A DNA stretch of 64,000 bases from an uncultured Nitrospirota bacterium (GTDB taxonomy: Bacteria > Nitrospirota > Nitrospiria > JACRHA01), in NCBI GenBank assembly GCA_964481895.1, contig CAYZUL010000003.1:9294-73293 (forward strand), given 5' to 3'. Position numbers and translations under genes: made by a program. A model generated the notes under the pieces. The model saw only the letters and a program-made list of their open reading frames with translations, was not told the origin of the DNA and searched no databases. Below, in pieces: positions 59,040-64,000 of this stretch. Within the stretch, counting starts at the first letter, position 1; each line of letters starts with the position of its first letter.

Positions 59040-61946
59040 CTAAGCAAATTCTCTTTTCCTTAGTTCAACATCTTCATCAGCTCGCTTTTGTTCGTATGTA
59101 ATTCTCCTGTCTAAATAATCTTCATATTTTCTAACAAAGGATTGTATAGTCTTGTTCTTGTCTTTTTCCCAGTCCTGGACTTCTTGCCGTTTGGCTCTAT
59201 AGGCTTCCACAAAACCATACTCACCAATTACGACACCGGTCTGTGACAAGATAATAAACATTTCTTTCATATATTTATCACTGTGATATCTTTTTATAAA
59301 TTCTTTGCACACACCGTACAAAAAAGGCTCTCCCTTATATGCCCTCAAAACTGAAATAACGATCTTTGCATTCTTATCCCCGCCCTTCATAATCAGATTT
59401 ATCATTTCACTCTCAAGTGATTTATCGAAAGCCGGAAAGATTGCCTGCAGGAAATGGCTCGCTTCCCATTGGAACAACCAGTCTTTTTCTGCAAACCAAC
59501 CTACTATTTCTCGGACTACTATATTGGCGTGCTTCTGAAGCGGCTTATTTATTATGTGCAAACTGAACGGTATTGCATCATATCTTTCCCCTTCTTGTTT
59601 ATGTAGACGCTTAGAGACCCGTTTTCTAAAAAACTGTATCAGCCTTTTAGGATACTTCTCAGCAACTGGAGATAGTATTTCCTCGGCGTGATAGTCGATA
59701 TCCGGCGCAAAGATCAAGCTGTCAAGTATAGCCACAAGATCTTTCTCAGTGAGGGCATCGAGAAGTGACGGTTTTCTGAACCATACACCTCTGATCCAAT
59801 GGTAGTTCCTTAATTCAGCCAGTTTCTTGATAGCCCCAACGAAGACCTTCTTAAGCTTCGTGGACTTCGGATATTTCGGATAATTTCGGACAATCGCGCT
59901 TACGATACGGGAAAGAGCATCTGCGTCATTATTCTCACTTGCCCTGTTGTATATACCTTTCAGAAGAGGGGTATCGATTTCCTCCACATATTCAAGCAAA
60001 TCTGCACATATAGATAGTCTCTTATTCTCGCCAATCCACTTTTTCAATATGTCTTTAGCGTTTATGGATGACTCGCCTTTCCATAAACCCGCAAGCATGT
60101 GAATTAAGCAAGGATCAAGCTCTTTTTCATTTTGATAGAGCAACATTAAGGCAAACTCTGTTTTTTGTTTTCCAATTTCGAACAGGAACATATTAAAATA
60201 TTGGAATTCACCCCAACTTACGGGATAATTTTTGATGATAGCTAAAATCCTGCTTTGCCAATCCTCATAAGAGCTCTTATTTATGCTATCAATCAACACT
60301 TGAAGTTTCTCTTTGCGTAACTTCTCTGTTTCTTTAACGTCTAATCCAGCGGCAACCCCATAATCGTAACCGACAAGAATCCTGTATGTTTCGTATTCTT
60401 TATTCGAAGAAATGTTTGACCGAAGGGAATAGGCTTTATCATTCAAGCCCTTTCTATCAAAAAACTGTGACTGTTCTTCAATGTCTTTAATAATCTCATT
60501 TTCCGCTGTGGGCAAAATCTCACTATAAAATTCAATTAGCATATTGGTATTCTCAACGACCATTTGCAGGAGGTTATCTCCGTAGTTCCCTTGGTGTGGT
60601 GTCTGCGACGCATCTTGTAATACTTGTAATACCCTGATCCGCTGGGTTATCTCTTTCATGTCGTGATATAACCGTTTTAGCAGGTTTATAGTACGAGTTC
60701 TGATACTTTTCAACTCATCGTTCACAGGAAGCGGCCCATAATGAAATGTGACAGTCTTGTAGTCAGACATCGAAGTGCCTTCAAAAGAAGGCTTTAGCAA
60801 CTGGCTGGCGATTTCCGTAACAGCCTCGAAATATTCGATAATTTTTGTGTTATTCCACTTCTCCATTTTATCCAAGACAAAAAGCTGTGGGGAATAACCA
60901 ATTTTCTGAATCACATGCAAGTTATAACTCGCAAGCTTACTCAAACCCTCTATAGCTTTCTTCTTTACAGTGGGATTTGAATCGCCTGAGAGCCGAATAA
61001 GCAATTCAAATATTTTTTCGGTATGGAAGTATTTCAATTCACTTAAGATATCCAAACAGATTTTTGCTATGTCAGCATAGTGCTTTCCTTCAAATTCTCC
61101 AAGTGCTGTTTTTATGGGTTCTGGAACGCTCCCTTTTGCATTTTGCAGAGCGCTGTCTACGATGGTGATGATATCGAATTTCTTTGGTGTCTTGTCTCCG
61201 AATTCTTTAACGAATTGATGCAACAGGGAGAGCTGTTCGTACAAGTCATTATTAGACGCTGATTTCATGATCCCTTCTAAGAATCGAACGTCAAATACTG
61301 TCTTGCCTTGTTTAAGTTTCTCGAACTGCTTATAAATGAACTCAAAGCTATAGCTCGCCTGCCTGATGTGATTTTGCATCACATCTGAGAACTGTTTTTT
61401 CAAGGATTCGAACGCAGGCCGGTCAAATACCGATAACTCCTTTTGGGGTTTATATATAATGTCATGTGCCATTTCGGACCATGCATGATAAAGGACGGTC
61501 GTAAGTTGAATCTCGCATCTCAAGCCTGTGAATTTTACGTATTCAGTTAGGTCCAGCCTGTCCTTATTCAGGTGAACAACAAGATGGTGAGCGTTATAGT
61601 CATCAGGGGAGAATTTAGGAACATTCTTGATGACCGAAAACTCTTTGTAGACGTATTCAATAAATCGCCCTATATCACTATCAAGATAAAAAATAACTCT
61701 GCAACCGGCAAGATCGTCCAATTCTGCAAAGGGTATATTTTGCAGTTTTGAGTTGTCTCTAATTTTTCGCTCCAATGATTCTGGGTCTTTTTCGCGTGCG
61801 GATACCACCTGGTAGTGAAATCCGTTATTCTTCAATAAGGTTTCTAATATGAATTTCACCGCGCTTGAAAAATCCTTATAAGTGAGCTGGATCCTTTTAT
61901 ACTGCTCCAGAAGTGATGTAATCTTTTCCTTGCTATCCACCCTCAC
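59040..61946 (-). CDS. RelA/SpoT-like (RSH/toxSAS-type) nucleotidyltransferase domain fused to ~770-aa HEAT/ARM-like alpha-helical repeat region
   Basis: 968 aa. Residues ~40-170 carry REKDPESLERKI (R.K...S..K), DDLAGCRVIFYLD and CEIQLTTVLYHAWSEMAHDIIYK (ExQxRT..xHxWxExxHxxxYK), the (p)ppGpp-synthetase-fold signature. The remainder is helical repeats (e.g. NPTVKKKAIEGLSKLA). Low GC. 4-nt overlap with the upstream methyltransferase gene. Confidence 0.7.
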   Translation of the reverse strand: MRVDSKEKITSLLEQYKRIQLTYKDFSSAVKFILETLLKNNGFHYQVVSAREKDPESLERKIRDNSKLQNIPFAELDDLAGCRVIFYLDSDIGRFIEYVYKEFSVIKNVPKFSPDDYNAHHLVVHLNKDRLDLTEYVKFTGLRCEIQLTTVLYHAWSEMAHDIIYKPQKELSVFDRPAFESLKKQFSDVMQNHIRQASYSFEFIYKQFEKLKQGKTVFDVRFLEGIMKSASNNDLYEQLSLLHQFVKEFGDKTPKKFDIITIVDSALQNAKGSVPEPIKTALGEFEGKHYADIAKICLDILSELKYFHTEKIFELLIRLSGDSNPTVKKKAIEGLSKLASYNLHVIQKIGYSPQLFVLDKMEKWNNTKIIEYFEAVTEIASQLLKPSFEGTSMSDYKTVTFHYGPLPVNDELKSIRTRTINLLKRLYHDMKEITQRIRVLQVLQDASQTPHQGNYGDNLLQMVVENTNMLIEFYSEILPTAENEIIKDIEEQSQFFDRKGLNDKAYSLRSNISSNKEYETYRILVGYDYGVAAGLDVKETEKLRKEKLQVLIDSINKSSYEDWQSRILAIIKNYPVSWGEFQYFNMFLFEIGKQKTEFALMLLYQNEKELDPCLIHMLAGLWKGESSINAKDILKKWIGENKRLSICADLLEYVEEIDTPLLKGIYNRASENNDADALSRIVSAIVRNYPKYPKSTKLKKVFVGAIKKLAELRNYHWIRGVWFRKPSLLDALTEKDLVAILDSLIFAPDIDYHAEEILSPVAEKYPKRLIQFFRKRVSKRLHKQEGERYDAIPFSLHIINKPLQKHANIVVREIVGWFAEKDWLFQWEASHFLQAIFPAFDKSLESEMINLIMKGGDKNAKIVISVLRAYKGEPFLYGVCKEFIKRYHSDKYMKEMFIILSQTGVVIGEYGFVEAYRAKRQEVQDWEKDKNKTIQSFVRKYEDYLDRRITYEQKRADEDVELRKREFA

Positions 61947-64000
61947 ACGCTCCTCGCCTTCTCAAGCCTGTTCTTGACCAGCTCGCATACCGCCCAATAG
62001 ACCTCGTTTCTTTCTTCTTGTGTCAGACCAAGGATGTCGAAGACAATATCATGGAGGGCCTTGCGGTCAGGAAGGGGATTGGGTGTTTGCTCGCGGATGG
62101 GACGGGTCGGGTTGATGCGAAGTTCTTCGAAGACCGAATTAATCCTTCGTTTACCAAGTTCTGAATCTATGAGTTCCTCTATCTTGCTCCTCTGCTTCTT
62201 TTGCAACAGAGACGGTGCAACTATAATCTCAGCCCGCCTCAAATCCTCAACAAGCAATCTTACAGCCCCTCCACCTAATCCCTTTCTTCCAAGAACCTCA
62301 ACAAAAAACGCTGTCAATGTACTATTTAGGAGACCACACAAGATTGTAGATATTGAATCATCTTTTGGGACTATGCCATGAAAGTTATGAGTAAAATAGA
62401 GATTGTGAGTATTGTAATGACATAAATGCCTATCACCTCTAATATCTACCCATAACAATTTTGCATGTTTTAACTCTCTTCTTATTCCTTCGATCAATAT
62501 CAATAGGGTATCAGTATCATTTTCCCCAAAAATAATTTTTTCGATTTCTCTTGGGCTTTTGAGAACGGGCAGCGTTTCATATTTTGCAGAGTAACCTTCA
62601 CTTTTCGGAATCAGGATTTCGCTATTGAGTCCTTTTCGGCTCCATGCAACTGTGATTACCTTGCCAATGTGAGGTTGAATGGCTGTCAATTTATCATTGC
62701 CCTTTTCAAGTATTGTATAGAATATATCCGGCGCCCTCAGATATTTTCCTCCCCATTTGTTCCCCTCATATTTACCGGTGAGGAATTTGTCTTTCAATAA
62801 TGACTGAGATTGCTTCGTCGCTCTGCTCCTCGCAATGACATCCTTTTCTTCTGACTTCTGAGTTTCTTCGGGATACTCCCATCCGTCATCCAGAAGCATC
62901 TCCTGTTTTACCGGATAGACCCTGTAGGTATCTGTTTTCCGAATGGCATCTGCCATTTCTATCTCAAGAAGGTTTTTTACGTTTACAACTTCCTCAAAGG
63001 GCCTTTTGAACATAACAAATCGGGCTGTCTCTTCTAATGCGGGCCATGTACCCTGCACACGACCGACATCTGGCGGCCCGAAGATGGCAATAATCGTATT
63101 CACGTCCGCATGTTCAAAGCTCCTCTTTGCCTCGTTATCATAGACCGCCTTGATTGGGCAGTACTTGAGGAGGAACTCCTGAAGATCCGCTCCATACCCC
63201 ACATCGAGCCATGAATTAGAGGTGATAAAGCAGAATGTGCCCTTGTCATTAAGAAGCGAGAGGCCGTGGAAATAGAAATAGATGTAATAATCGCTTTTTT
63301 TATCAAGCTTCTTTATGAAGGGGTAATGAACCTGTATCGAGCTAAGAAGTTTTTCCTTGTATCCCCTCTTGTCCTCAAGGGTCACCTCTGCCTTGAGCTT
63401 ATTTGGAGGGGCGATCTTCTCCTGCCTTACATATGGCGGATTACCGATGACAATATCAAAGCCCCCCTTATCGCCAAAGATCTCTGCAAAGTCAATGTCC
63501 CAGACAAAGGGTTTTTGTCCTGGCAACTGGATTTTCCTTTTCGTCTCCAGCAAATGTTCGATCTCCTGCCCTTTGGCCTTTATCTGTTCTTCAAAGAGAG
63601 AGGGCGAACGACCGTTCGCCCCTACATCAAACATCTCTATCTGGATTTTTCTTTTTTCGCCTTTTAATGCCTGGATCTCCTTTTGGAGGCTTACAATCTT
63701 CTCATCCAGTATCTCGCCAAAGATCCTTAGCTCTTCCTGTAAAAGGCCCTCAGCGCTCTTAAATTTGCCTGTCGGGTCATTGTTGTAGTATTTCTCCTTC
63801 TCCGCCTTCAGGGATGTAAGCCTTTTCTTGATGGAAGGAGAAAGCTTACTGTCCCTGACATGGAGGTTTACTCCTCCTACCTCTTGTACTAATGAATCTC
63901 CTATCCTGAGCCTTAAGTTGAGGTTTGGAAGAAGTGGGAAGAGCTTTCTCTGCTCATATGGGATATCCTCTTCGATGATTAACTGAAGCCATAGCCTAAG
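61943..64000 (-). CDS. N6-adenine DNA methyltransferase, Eco57I/TaqII/PglX-like gamma class (5' end lies beyond the window)
   Basis: The reading frame stays open on the minus strand from 63634 to the window edge (...RIGDSLV...). DIVIGNPPYV motif IV (D/N-PPY) and a C-terminal TRD-like region (LLNSTLTAFFVEVLGRKGLGGGAVRL...AP) are typical of type IIG/IIL RM and BREX PglX methyltransferases. Confidence 0.75.
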   Translation of the reverse strand, partial: LRLWLQLIIEEDIPYEQRKLFPLLPNLNLRLRIGDSLVQEVGGVNLHVRDSKLSPSIKKRLTSLKAEKEKYYNNDPTGKFKSAEGLLQEELRIFGEILDEKIVSLQKEIQALKGEKRKIQIEMFDVGANGRSPSLFEEQIKAKGQEIEHLLETKRKIQLPGQKPFVWDIDFAEIFGDKGGFDIVIGNPPYVRQEKIAPPNKLKAEVTLEDKRGYKEKLLSSIQVHYPFIKKLDKKSDYYIYFYFHGLSLLNDKGTFCFITSNSWLDVGYGADLQEFLLKYCPIKAVYDNEAKRSFEHADVNTIIAIFGPPDVGRVQGTWPALEETARFVMFKRPFEEVVNVKNLLEIEMADAIRKTDTYRVYPVKQEMLLDDGWEYPEETQKSEEKDVIARSRATKQSQSLLKDKFLTGKYEGNKWGGKYLRAPDIFYTILEKGNDKLTAIQPHIGKVITVAWSRKGLNSEILIPKSEGYSAKYETLPVLKSPREIEKIIFGENDTDTLLILIEGIRRELKHAKLLWVDIRGDRHLCHYNTHNLYFTHNFHGIVPKDDSISTILCGLLNSTLTAFFVEVLGRKGLGGGAVRLLVEDLRRAEIIVAPSLLQKKQRSKIEELIDSELGKRRINSVFEELRINPTRPIREQTPNPLPDRKALHDIVFDILGLTQEERNEVYWAVCELVKNRLEKARSV

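Noticed and set aside
1-64000. Search for tRNA/rRNA genes, CRISPR arrays, transposases/IS elements and integrases
   Set aside because: No cloverleaf-compatible sequences (no T-loop GTTCRA motifs in the intergenic regions), no regularly spaced direct repeats with spacers, and no transposase- or integrase-like ORFs other than the chromosomal xerC were found.

Overview
This 64-kb window is a bacterial chromosomal segment: compact, mostly co-directional operons, GC about 50%, likely an anaerobic Gram-negative lineage with Firmicutes-like core synteny. I found no rRNA, tRNA, CRISPR array or transposase. The main blocks are:

- **Housekeeping (1-3.7 kb):** riboflavin/NusB/purine genes (ribA 3' end, ribH, nusB, purB, purS).
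- **Chemosensory module (3.7-8.1 kb):** a DUF4388-MshEN-GAF-like protein, CheY, CheA and a PAS protein with a C-terminal Cys-rich module.
- **Core genes (8.1-18.9 kb):** truA, amidase, hemB, ribF, tilS, hpt, ftsH, folP with an N-terminal extension, and cdaA.
- **Type IV pilus minor-pilin/tip-adhesin operon (21.6-32.1 kb, minus strand):** fimT/U-pilV-pilW-pilX-pilY1-like, followed by a cadherin-like protein, a standalone MshEN(c-di-GMP-binding)-GAF-like protein, a HAMP-only membrane protein and a PilE-like pilin.
- **More core genes (32.3-44.7 kb):** degP, a PIN/TRAM membrane protein, ispD/ispF, argB, hslVU, xerC, topA and dprA.
- **Sugar/glycogen cluster (44.8-54.9 kb):** tkt, class I aldolase, two GH57 glucan enzymes, a GalT-like protein and glgA.
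- **Candidate defence island (55-64 kb, minus strand, lower GC):** a partial Eco57I/PglX-family N6-adenine methyltransferase, translationally coupled to a 968-aa RelA/SpoT-like nucleotidyltransferase fused to a long HEAT-like repeat domain, then a DUF3800 protein and a PLD-nuclease-SNF2 helicase fusion broken by a 22-bp insertion. This is the best candidate for an undescribed system.

A GC-rich ~70-140-nt hairpin-containing repeat family occurs at four intergenic sites in both orientations.
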